A stretch of DNA of 64,000 bases. It comes from Armatimonadota bacterium (GTDB taxonomy: Bacteria; Armatimonadota; Zipacnadia; Zipacnadales; UBA5352). The translations under genes and the position numbers were made by a program. The notes beneath the pieces were generated by a model that was given only the letters and a program-made list of their open reading frames with translations, made no database searches and was not told the DNA's origin. Below, one piece after another: positions 18,820 to 27,416 of this stretch (positions are counted from its first letter, which is position 1; every line of letters starts with the position of its first letter). The stretch is taken from contig JAYENL010000243.1 of NCBI GenBank assembly GCA_034722055.1, forward strand, positions 3,059-67,058, written 5' to 3'.

Positions 18820-21519
18820 ATGACATCGAGGATGCGTTCAGACCTCGCGAAGTGCATGCCATCGGCCTGCGCCATCGCATTGCTGCTGCTCATGCCGGCC
18901 CCTCGCACAGCGGCCCAGGGCAACACCGAAGCGGAGAAGGAGTTCGCCTTTGCCGAGGGCCTCTACGGGCAGGAGAACTACGAGCTGGCGCTGGAGAAGT
19001 ACGAGGCCTTCATCGAGGCCCACCCGGAGCACGCCAACGCCTCTCTGGCGGTGTTCCGGGCGGGGGAGTGCAACTTCCGGCTGGAGCGGTTCGGGGAGGC
19101 CGCGGGCTGGTTCGAGCGGGTGACCGAGCAGTTCACCGGCAGCGATGAGGAGGAGCCCGCGTGGCTGTGGCTGGGCGACGCCCGCTTCAAGGCCGGAGAC
19201 TACGAGGAGGCTGCGGCGGCGTATGAGAGGCTCATGGAGAAGTTCCCCAACAGCGATCACGCCGCCGCTGCGGCCTACTGGCGGGCGGAGAGCTACTACT
19301 ACCTGAAGCGGTTCGAGGACGCCATCGCCGCCTACCAGATGGCTCTGCAGCGGGGCCTGGGCGAGCACGAGGCGCCCTACGCCCGCTACTCCATCGGCCT
19401 GGCGTATCTGCAACTGGAGCAGCCCGCCGAGGCCGTTGAGCACCTCTCGCGCGCGGTCCAGGACTACCCCGACAGCCCGGTGGTCGCTGAGTGCCAGTAT
19501 CTGTTGGGCAACGCCTACCGGAGTCAGTCGGACTTCGCGGAGGCCGAGAAGGCCTATCGGGCCGTGCTGGAGCGCCATGCCAACTCCCCCCTGGCGGCAG
19601 ACGCCCAGTTCGGCCTCGCGGTCTGCCACTTCAGGCAGAAGCAGTTCGAGGCCGCGCGTGAGGCGTACCAGGCGGTCATTGCGAACCACCCGGACAGCGA
19701 CGTGGCGGCCGAGGCTCGCCTGCGGGTCGCCGACTGCCTGTTCCACCTGAAGCGGTGGGACGAGGCCGCCCAGGCCTATCAGGCCGTTGTTCAGGCCGGC
19801 GGCACGTGGGCGCCGGAGGCCCTCTTCTGGCTGGGCGTGACGCAGCACCGAAAGGGCGACGCCGCGGAGGCCATCGCCACCCTCCAGGGCCTGGTGCAGA
19901 GCTATCCCGACAGCGAGCGCGTCGGGGATGCGTGGCTCCGCATCGCCGACATCAAGGCCTCCCAGGGCGACCACGAGGGCGCCATGGCGGCCTACTCGAC
20001 GGCCACGGAGTCCATCCAGGATCCCCAGCGGCGGCAGGAGGCGCTCGTGGCCCTGCAGTGGGCCCGCTTCCAGCAGAGCCAGTCGCCCGACGCGCTGGCG
20101 GAGCTGGAGAAGCTGGTGCGCGATGAGCCGGACTCCGAGCTGGCCGCGGAGCTTGCCTACCGCATCGGCCGCGTGCATTTCGAGGCCGGTGGCTACGAGA
20201 GGGCCATCGAGATGCTCACGCTGCTGACAGAGCATCACGCTGAGAGCCCGCGCTCCGCGGATGCCACCTACCTGCTGGCCGCCTCCCACGACCGCGCCGG
20301 CAATGCCGAGGCGGCACAGCGCCTCTACCAGCAGATTCTGGACGAGGCCGGGGAGGGGGAGGGAGGCGGCTACGCGGCCGCGGCCCTGGTGGGGATCCAC
20401 GCCGAGCGGGGCGACATCGACCAGGCCAGGCGGCTCATCTCCGAGATGGAGGATGGCGGCGCGGACGGCGCCAGCCTGGGCTTCGCCCTCTATCGCGTGG
20501 CGGAGGCGCTTCGCGAGGCGGAGAAGTACGACGAGGCGCTGCCGCTTTACGAGAAGGCCCTGCGCGTGGCGCCGGAGGCCGAGAGTGCGCCCTACGCCCG
20601 TGTTGGGGCCGGCTGGTGCCGGCTTGAGCCCGACCCGTCCGCGGCTCTGGAGGCCTTCAGGGCGGTGGTGGCGGACAGCCCCGAGTCCAGCGCCGTGCCG
20701 GGGGCCCTCACCGGGATGACCGCCGCGGCCCAGAAGCTCTTCGAGGCCGAGGACTACGCCGCTGCCGCGCAGGTCTATGACCAGATCATCCAGGACTTCC
20801 CAGAGTCCGAGATCGTGGGCCAGGCACAGTACGGGCGGGCGTGGGCGCTGCTGCGGCAGGAGAGGGAGGAGGAGGCGCTGCCACTGTTCCGCGCCGCGGC
20901 GGAGTCGGCGGCATCCCCGGCCGTCGTGGGCGACGCCCGTTACCAGGCCGCGCGCCTGCTGTTCGACCAGGAGAAGTACGATGAGGCCGTGAGCCTCCTG
21001 GAGCCGCTGCGAGGAGCTGAGGGGGACGCCGAGAGGCTGCCGTGGGCCCTGGCCCTGCTGGGGCGCAGCCACCTGCAGGCCGGCAGCGCAGAGCAGGCGG
21101 CGGAGGTCCTGCAGGAGGTGCTGGCGCGCTGGCCCGAACACCAGGCCAGCGCCGGCGCGAGCCTCGATCTGGGTCGCGCATACCGGAGCCTACAGCGCTA
21201 TGACGAGGCCGTGGAGCCCCTGCAACGGGCGGCGGAGGCAGACAACGCCGCAATCGCCGCGCAGGCCCAGCGCGAGCTGGCGGCCACCGCTCGCGACAGC
21301 GGCGACATCGCCAAGGCGGCGGAGGAGTTCCTGCGCGTCGCGATCCTGTATCCCGACAGCGAGTGGGCGCCGGCGGCGCAGTTCGCGGCGGGGCAGTGCT
21401 ACGAGCAGCTCGGCCAGACGGACAACGCCATCAACAGCTACAACGTCATCCTGCGCCAGTACGCCGACCAGGAGGAGTGGGCGCGGAAGGCGCAGGACCG
21501 CATCGATCAACTGCAGTAG
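18820..21519 (+). CDS. Large (899 aa) tetratricopeptide-repeat protein (CpoB/YbgF-like repeats), first gene of the ExbB-ExbD operon
   Basis: Signal peptide CMPSACAIALLLLMPAPRTAAQG followed by more than 15 TPR-like ~34-aa repeats (…AEAEKAYRAVLERHANSPLAADAQFGLAVCHFRQKQFEAAREAYQAVI…). SD AAGGA upstream. Confidence 0.8.
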   Translation: MTSRMRSDLAKCMPSACAIALLLLMPAPRTAAQGNTEAEKEFAFAEGLYGQENYELALEKYEAFIEAHPEHANASLAVFRAGECNFRLERFGEAAGWFERVTEQFTGSDEEEPAWLWLGDARFKAGDYEEAAAAYERLMEKFPNSDHAAAAAYWRAESYYYLKRFEDAIAAYQMALQRGLGEHEAPYARYSIGLAYLQLEQPAEAVEHLSRAVQDYPDSPVVAECQYLLGNAYRSQSDFAEAEKAYRAVLERHANSPLAADAQFGLAVCHFRQKQFEAAREAYQAVIANHPDSDVAAEARLRVADCLFHLKRWDEAAQAYQAVVQAGGTWAPEALFWLGVTQHRKGDAAEAIATLQGLVQSYPDSERVGDAWLRIADIKASQGDHEGAMAAYSTATESIQDPQRRQEALVALQWARFQQSQSPDALAELEKLVRDEPDSELAAELAYRIGRVHFEAGGYERAIEMLTLLTEHHAESPRSADATYLLAASHDRAGNAEAAQRLYQQILDEAGEGEGGGYAAAALVGIHAERGDIDQARRLISEMEDGGADGASLGFALYRVAEALREAEKYDEALPLYEKALRVAPEAESAPYARVGAGWCRLEPDPSAALEAFRAVVADSPESSAVPGALTGMTAAAQKLFEAEDYAAAAQVYDQIIQDFPESEIVGQAQYGRAWALLRQEREEEALPLFRAAAESAASPAVVGDARYQAARLLFDQEKYDEAVSLLEPLRGAEGDAERLPWALALLGRSHLQAGSAEQAAEVLQEVLARWPEHQASAGASLDLGRAYRSLQRYDEAVEPLQRAAEADNAAIAAQAQRELAATARDSGDIAKAAEEFLRVAILYPDSEWAPAAQFAAGQCYEQLGQTDNAINSYNVILRQYADQEEWARKAQDRIDQLQ

Positions 21520-21570
21520 TGGCTCCCTTGCTGGAGGGCTGCCATTCAGTGACACTGCGTCGGAGGGAAG

Positions 21571-22230
21571 ATGCCGATGGGAAGCATTGCTGCCCGGTCC
21601 GCTCTGCTCGACTACTTCGTGCGGGGCGGCTCCTGGATGTGGGTGCTGCTGGCATGCTCTATCATTGCGCTGGCCGTCATCATCTACAAGCTGATCGGCC
21701 TGTGGGTGGCCAGCCGCGGCGCGAGCAACCTCGTCTCCGAGGTCATCAGCCTGATGGAGGCCGGCGAGCGGGATCAGGCGCTTGAGCGCGCCGCTGAGTC
21801 CTCGGCGGCGATCGGGAACGTCCTGCACTCGATCCTGGCGACCACAGATGAGGAGAACCATCAGGCCCCTCTGGAGGCTGCGGAGGCCGCCGGGGCCGCC
21901 GAAGTGGCCTCGCTCGAATCCGGCCTGCCGGTGCTCTCAACGATCGCCAACGTGGCCCCCCTGATCGGCTTCCTGGGCACGGTCAGCGGGATGATTCGGG
22001 CCTTCACGGCCATCGCCGAGTACGGGCTCGGGGAGCCGGGCGTGGTGGCGGCGGGCATTGGCGAGGCGCTGATCACCACCGCCTCCGGCCTGATTGTGGC
22101 CATCCCCTGCTTCGTGGCCTACGGCTTCTTCATCTCGCGGGTCAACCGCCTGGCGCTGGGCATCGAGATGGCGGGCACGCAAATGGCGAACCTGCTGTCA
22201 CGGGAGGGAGCCGACGTCGATGAAGCTTAA
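21571..22230 (+). CDS. exbB: MotA/TolQ/ExbB family proton-channel protein
   Basis: Three transmembrane helices and the family motif LIGFLGTVSGMIRAF...ALITTASGLIVAIPCFVAYGFF. SD GGAGGGAAG 4 nt upstream. Confidence 0.85.
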   Translation: MPMGSIAARSALLDYFVRGGSWMWVLLACSIIALAVIIYKLIGLWVASRGASNLVSEVISLMEAGERDQALERAAESSAAIGNVLHSILATTDEENHQAPLEAAEAAGAAEVASLESGLPVLSTIANVAPLIGFLGTVSGMIRAFTAIAEYGLGEPGVVAAGIGEALITTASGLIVAIPCFVAYGFFISRVNRLALGIEMAGTQMANLLSREGADVDEA

Positions 22231-22648
22231 ATCACGCCTCCCACCACTCAATCCCCTGCCCATGACCACCATGGCCGATGTGGCCTTTCTGCTGATCATC
22301 TTCTTCATGCTGACCAGCACCTTCGCCCGGGACACGGGGCTGGACATCACGCTGCCGAAGGCCATAACATCGGAGAAGCTGCCCAAGCGGGAGATCACCA
22401 TCTGGGTGAACCGCCACGGGCAGGTGAGGGTCAATGAGAACTGGATTGAGCCGAAGCAGCTCATGGGGGTGCTGCGCGCGGAGTTCGCGAAGGCGGACGT
22501 GACGGGCGTCACGATTCGCGGCGATGAGCGCGTTCCCTACGGCACGATCGTGACGGTGATGGACACCGCCAAGCTGCTCGGCGCGAACATCACGCTCGCG
22601 GCCGAGGTCGAGGAGGGCCACCCGGGCGCCGTCGTCGAAGAGCCGTAG
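22220..22648 (+). CDS. exbD: ExbD/TolR biopolymer transport protein
   Basis: MKLKSRLPPLNPLPMTTMADVAFLLIIFFMLTSTF... is the ExbD/TolR signature. Overlaps the exbB stop by 11 nt (translational coupling). SD GGGAGGGAG. Confidence 0.85.
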   Translation: MKLKSRLPPLNPLPMTTMADVAFLLIIFFMLTSTFARDTGLDITLPKAITSEKLPKREITIWVNRHGQVRVNENWIEPKQLMGVLRAEFAKADVTGVTIRGDERVPYGTIVTVMDTAKLLGANITLAAEVEEGHPGAVVEEP

Positions 22649-22672
22649 CCAGGAGGACGGGCGGGAGCTGCC

Positions 22673-25537
22673 ATGACGAGAGGTCCGAGCTTCAAGTGGG
22701 CGTTGTTCTGCTCGGTGATGATTCACATCATTCTCTTCCTCACCGTGCCGATGGGCGGGACCATCGGCGAGGTGCGGGACCACGCCGTGCGGCGGGTGAC
22801 CGAGACCGCGGTGGAGTTCGTGACCTTCGTCAAGCCCAAGCCCCCGCCGCCCGAACCGAAGGTCACCAGGCAGCCGCGGCGCGTGGTGCGGCGTGTGGTG
22901 CGGCGCCCTCGCACGCCGAGGCGCCGCGCGCGTCCTGAGCCGAAGCCCGCGGCGGAGGAGGAGCCCGCCGAGGAGGAGCCTGCGCCTGAGGAGGCGCCCG
23001 AGCCCGAGGCCCCGCCCGAGTCCGCACCAGAGCCAGAGCCGGAGCCCACTCCGGAGCTGGCCGTCATGGCTCCCGAGCCGGTCGAGCCCGAGCCTGCTCC
23101 AGAGGCTGAGCCCGAGCCCGAGCCGGTGCTCCTGCATCCCGCCCCTGAGGCCCTTGGCGGCCTTGAAGCTGGGCCGGAGAGCCCCCAGGCCGGAGGCGGC
23201 GTCGAGGTCGCGAAGGCCGCCCCCGAGTTGGGTTCAGCCGCACCTGCGCCTATGCCCGCAGGCGTCGAAGACACCCCCGCAGGCGGCGCGGCGCCGGTGG
23301 CCGTGGTGCCACCGGGCTCAGGCGGCGGGGCCGCTCCCGGACCTCCTACGCCAGGCCCGGTCATCGCGTTCGGACCGTCTCCTGAGGACGCCCCCGACAC
23401 CCCGGGTCTCGCGGCAGGCCCCGGGGAACAGGGCTTGCCCAAGGCTGCGCCGGAGCTGAGGAGTCCCGGGGCCGGGCCAGCCGGCGCCGGCAGCGGAGCT
23501 GCAGGCGCTCCCGGTCAGGGCCCCGGAGCTCCGGGCCTCGGCCCGGTTGTCGCCACTCGCACGCGGGCTCCTGCCGGCCCTGGCCGCGGCCCGAAGCCTC
23601 CCGGCACGGCACCAGGCCCGGCCGGTGGCGGCGCTCCCGTCGGGCCCGGCACGGGTGACGCCCCTCCAGGGCCCGAGGGCGGCGGCACCGGCGGTTCGGA
23701 GCCGAAGCCCGCGCCAACGCGCATGGCGGCGGCCCCCGGTCCCGCGCCCGCGGGAGGCGGCGGCACCGCCGGCGCCCCGGGTGGTGGCTCGGGCGGCGAG
23801 GGCCAGCAGGCCGCCGGCCCGGCCATGATCGCCGCCAACCCCCGCGGGGATCGGCCCATCTACATCGGCGCGGGCTCGGGTGAGGGCCTCGGCCGCGGCC
23901 AGGGCGAGGGTTCTCCCGGCGGCGGGCCCTCCGGAGGCGCCGGCGAGGGCACCGGCGCCGGCACACTCGCCGGAGTCCCGAAGGCGACGCCCGGGATGGG
24001 CAGCGGAGGATCGGGAGGAGGGGGCTCCGGAGCGCCGGCGCTCAGAGGCGGCGGTGGTGGCGGAGCTGGCGGCACCGGCGGCGGCAGGGGCCGTGGCAGC
24101 TCAGGCGGTGGTACCGGGGGCGGCGGCACGGGCGGCGGCGGACCTGGTACCCCGGTAATGGCAGCCGGGGGCGGCGGAGGGAGCGGCGGCTCCGGCGGCG
24201 TCGGTGAGGGGCCCGGCCTGCCTGGCGGCCTCGGCTCCGGCGAAGGAGAGGGATACGGCCTTGCGGGCACAGGCACCGGCCTGGGCCTCGCTGGCCCGGG
24301 GCCCGGCTCCGGCGGCACCGGCTATCTGCTGGCCAAGGCCATGCCCGCAGGAGGCGGGGGCGGCGGCGCGCTGCCCGGCATCGGTGGTGAGGGCCCTGGC
24401 GGAGGCCAGGGCGGTCAGGGCGGCATCGGTACCGGCACCGGCGGCGGCATCGGCCACGGCACCGGTCCGGGTATCGGCCCGCTGGGGCCGAAGGCCGTGG
24501 GGATGGGCCCCGGCGAGGCGGTGCCCGGCGAGCGGCCTCAGATCATCCCAGGCTCCCTCCTGGCGGCGCTGTCAGGCCCGCTGGGGTTCGGCGGTGGGCC
24601 TGGCTCGGGGCTCGGCGCCGGCACGGGAGGGCTGCCCGGCAAGTCCGGACCCGGCATGACGCCCGGCGGCGCGGGGCTGGTGGCCCCAGTCGGTCGCGGC
24701 CTCGGCTTCGGTGGCGGTCTCGGCGGCGCTGGCGGAGGCACCGGCCTGGGCGCCGGCGGCGGACCGGTGGGCTTCGGCCTGCCGACGGCCGGAGGCACCG
24801 GCGGCGCGGGCCTCCCGCCGCTGCCAGGCCAGGGACCTTTGCTGCTCGCCAGCTCAGCCGGGCTCGCCCCCGGAATGGGTGGCATCGGCACCGGCATGCC
24901 TGGCGGGAAGAGCGGCCCCGGCGGCGGCCTCTACACCGGCGTGAGCGGCAGCTTCGACATGCCTATGGGCGTGACCACCGGCGACTACCAGGCGGACGCC
25001 CCCGGCATGCTGCACCTGCTCGGCCAGGTGCGTCAGCGCACGAACATCCACGTCACCGTGCACGAGCGCTACGTGCCGCTGACGCTGGAGAACATCAAGG
25101 ACTCTCCGGTCCTGCACCTGCGCGGGCACCGAGCTTTCAGCCTCACCGAGGAGGAGCGGGAGGTGCTGCGGCAGTACGTGGCACAGGGCGGGACGATCTT
25201 CGGCGAGGACTCCCACGGGCCCTTCGGGGAGTGCTTCCGGCGCGAGATGAAGAAGACCTTCGGCGAGAGCCTCACGGATCTGCCTGACAACCACGACCTC
25301 TACCGCGCATACTACGTCCTGGATCGCGTGCCGGCGGGGGACATGGGCGAGCGCTACCCCCTGCAGGGCATTGAGGCGGGGGATCGCCTGGGCGTGATCT
25401 TCTCGCGCAACGACTACGGGGACTGCTGGGAGGGGACCGGCGAGTGGGTGCGCCCGGAGGCCCGGGAGCCGGCCTTCCGCATGGGCGTGAACATCTTCAC
25501 CTACATCGTGGCCCAGTGGAAGGAGTACAGCAAGTAG
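22673..25537 (+). CDS. TolA/TonB-like envelope protein: N-terminal TM anchor, Pro/Glu-rich spacer, glycine-rich low-complexity region of roughly 350 aa, C-terminal DUF4159 domain
   Basis: N-terminus MTRGPSFKWALFCSVMIHIILFLTVPMGG (TonB/TolA-like anchor). (EP)n spacer. Extreme Gly composition across about aa 400-760. C-terminus HLRGHRAFSLTEEEREVLRQYVAQGGTIFGEDSHGPFGECFRREMKKTFG...GDCWEG...AFRMGVNIFTYIV matches my memory of DUF4159. SD AGGAGGA. Confidence 0.75.
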   Translation: MTRGPSFKWALFCSVMIHIILFLTVPMGGTIGEVRDHAVRRVTETAVEFVTFVKPKPPPPEPKVTRQPRRVVRRVVRRPRTPRRRARPEPKPAAEEEPAEEEPAPEEAPEPEAPPESAPEPEPEPTPELAVMAPEPVEPEPAPEAEPEPEPVLLHPAPEALGGLEAGPESPQAGGGVEVAKAAPELGSAAPAPMPAGVEDTPAGGAAPVAVVPPGSGGGAAPGPPTPGPVIAFGPSPEDAPDTPGLAAGPGEQGLPKAAPELRSPGAGPAGAGSGAAGAPGQGPGAPGLGPVVATRTRAPAGPGRGPKPPGTAPGPAGGGAPVGPGTGDAPPGPEGGGTGGSEPKPAPTRMAAAPGPAPAGGGGTAGAPGGGSGGEGQQAAGPAMIAANPRGDRPIYIGAGSGEGLGRGQGEGSPGGGPSGGAGEGTGAGTLAGVPKATPGMGSGGSGGGGSGAPALRGGGGGGAGGTGGGRGRGSSGGGTGGGGTGGGGPGTPVMAAGGGGGSGGSGGVGEGPGLPGGLGSGEGEGYGLAGTGTGLGLAGPGPGSGGTGYLLAKAMPAGGGGGGALPGIGGEGPGGGQGGQGGIGTGTGGGIGHGTGPGIGPLGPKAVGMGPGEAVPGERPQIIPGSLLAALSGPLGFGGGPGSGLGAGTGGLPGKSGPGMTPGGAGLVAPVGRGLGFGGGLGGAGGGTGLGAGGGPVGFGLPTAGGTGGAGLPPLPGQGPLLLASSAGLAPGMGGIGTGMPGGKSGPGGGLYTGVSGSFDMPMGVTTGDYQADAPGMLHLLGQVRQRTNIHVTVHERYVPLTLENIKDSPVLHLRGHRAFSLTEEEREVLRQYVAQGGTIFGEDSHGPFGECFRREMKKTFGESLTDLPDNHDLYRAYYVLDRVPAGDMGERYPLQGIEAGDRLGVIFSRNDYGDCWEGTGEWVRPEAREPAFRMGVNIFTYIVAQWKEYSK

Positions 25538-25543
25538 CGGCCG

Positions 25544-26572
25544 TCACGGCCGGGGGCGCCACGAGTACGGCATGTCCCTGACCGGCCCCCCGCTCACCTC
25601 GACCACCTGCGAGCCGTCGGCGTTCGCCACGTAGAGTCGCTTCTCTCCAGTTCGGTCCGACAGGAAGGCGATCTTGGACCCGTCCGGCGACCACTGTGGA
25701 GCCCACTCGTTGGTGGCGGTGTCGGTGATGTTCGTCTTCTCCCCGCTCGCCAGGTCGGCGATGACGATCTCCCTGTTGCCCGCAGGCGATGAGGCGTAGG
25801 CCAGCTTAGTCCCGTCCGGCGACCACGCTGGCTCCTCGTTCCACACGGTGTTGGCGCTGACGTTGGTCACCGCGCCCGTGGCGAGCTCGCAGACGTATAC
25901 GGCAATGTTGCCGTCCCGGTGAGTCCGAAAGGCCAGCCGCGTGCCGTCCGGCGAGAAGGCCGGATCGCCGTCCCAGGCCTGGTGGGTGGCGATAACCCGC
26001 ACGTCGCTGCCGTCCGTCCGACTGATCAGCACATCCTGGTTGCCGCCGCGGTCGGCGACCCACGCGATCAAGTCCCCCGCGGGCGACCAGACGGGAGCGG
26101 TGTCCCAGCCCGGGAAGTGCGTCACATTGCGCACGGCTGAGCCATCGGCGCCACATGTGTAGACCTCGGCGTCCCCGGTGCGGTCGCTGCTGAAGATCAG
26201 CCGCCGGCTGTCCGGCGACCAGTTCGGGGCATCGTCGAAGCCGTCCGAGTTCGCGATCACGCGCAGGCTCCCCCCGCGGGGGTCCATGAGGTAGATATCC
26301 TGGTCGCCCCCGCGGTCGGATACGAAGGCGATGTGCTTTCCGTCCGGCGACCACACGGGCCTCAGGTCCTCCGCCTCGTTCCGAGTGAGGCGCCGCAGCT
26401 TCGAGCCGTCCGCGGCCACCACGTAGATCTCAGGGTTCCCGTCGCGCGCGGATACGAAGGCCAGCTCATCGGCGACCGCTGATGATCCCCCTGCCAACAT
26501 CATCAGTAGGGCGATCGCCAGCGTGACATGCAGCGCGCCGTCTCGTGTGCAAGCCGCCACCGAACATCCCAC
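25544..26572 (-). CDS. TolB-like periplasmic beta-propeller (PD40/WD40-like repeats), propeller only; GTG start
   Basis: Signal peptide then repeated PD40-like units ([23 protein letters not shown] / [20 protein letters not shown] / [19 protein letters not shown] / [22 protein letters not shown]). Convergent with, and 6 nt from, the TolA-like gene. Confidence 0.75.
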   Translation of the reverse strand: MGCSVAACTRDGALHVTLAIALLMMLAGGSSAVADELAFVSARDGNPEIYVVAADGSKLRRLTRNEAEDLRPVWSPDGKHIAFVSDRGGDQDIYLMDPRGGSLRVIANSDGFDDAPNWSPDSRRLIFSSDRTGDAEVYTCGADGSAVRNVTHFPGWDTAPVWSPAGDLIAWVADRGGNQDVLISRTDGSDVRVIATHQAWDGDPAFSPDGTRLAFRTHRDGNIAVYVCELATGAVTNVSANTVWNEEPAWSPDGTKLAYASSPAGNREIVIADLASGEKTNITDTATNEWAPQWSPDGSKIAFLSDRTGEKRLYVANADGSQVVEVSGGPVRDMPYSWRPRP

Positions 26573-26697
26573 CCTGACTGCACGGCTCTTTGCGGCTGAG
26601 TCAGGATGTGCAAACGCTGGCCCCCCGGCCGAGGTTCCGTAGCTCCTCGCCGGGGAGCCAGATCATCCGCAGGTCAGGTCATGCAGGCACGTGCCGC

Positions 26698-27153
26698 TTA
26701 CCGGCCCTGGCCTCGGCCACCACCGCGTGGTCCGCCGCGGCCTCCGAACATCCCGGTGGACAGCAGCTCCTGCAGCTTCGTCCACTGCTGGTCGCTGAGC
26801 ACCTCCTGCAGCTTCTCCTCAAGGGCGCTCCTGCAGTTGACCATCGCTTCCCTCACGCCCTGGAAGTCCTGGGCCTCCATGGCGGCCTGGATGCCCTCGT
26901 TCCGGAGCTGAAGCTGCTGCCGGTAGGTCGGCCTGAGCTGCTCGAGCTGCTCGCTCGTGCATTCGAGCTGGAAGGACACGGCCGTCCACGTGCGCTCCAG
27001 GTACATCATGTCGCCCCTCATGCCCCACTGCCCAGCGCCCTGCCGGCCGGCGCGACGGCCCTGTCCCTGCTGGCCGAAGGCGACTGTCAATCCCGCGACG
27101 ATCAGCGCCACCGCCACCACCGCAGTCCCGACCCACATCACTCTGCGACTCAT
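26698..27153 (-). CDS. Small periplasmic Spy/CpxP-like (LTXXQ-motif) protein with RGG-rich tail
   Basis: Start at MSRRVMW with strong SD GGAGGAG. TM/signal segment. Motifs LECTSEQLEQLRP and LSDQQWTKLQEL. Confidence 0.5.
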   Translation of the reverse strand: MSRRVMWVGTAVVAVALIVAGLTVAFGQQGQGRRAGRQGAGQWGMRGDMMYLERTWTAVSFQLECTSEQLEQLRPTYRQQLQLRNEGIQAAMEAQDFQGVREAMVNCRSALEEKLQEVLSDQQWTKLQELLSTGMFGGRGGPRGGGRGQGR

Positions 27154-27416
27154 GACATCTCCTCCTCGTGCACCGTCCGTCATCTCTTCGATTCTCGCTC
27201 CTGGCGGCCTCTGATCCGGCCGCCGAAGCCGGTGCTGTCCCAACGGGTGAGATACTCACTGATTCAGACGCATCGGCAGCGGGTCCGATTCCACCAATTC
27301 CGCATGCGCTACCGCAGGATGAGCAGAGGCGTCTCGCCCAGCTCCCTCTGCACGTCGAGGCGCTCTCCTCCAGTTGCCACCGTCTCGCCTGTGAGACATG
27401 CCCGCGGCGACCGCGG

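Noticed and set aside
23880-24950. GGC-rich tandem repeats as a CRISPR array or VNTR outside genes
   Set aside because: They lie inside a continuous, well-supported ORF between a TonB-like N-terminus and a DUF4159 C-terminus. There are no spacer and repeat units of regular length. This is coding low-complexity sequence.
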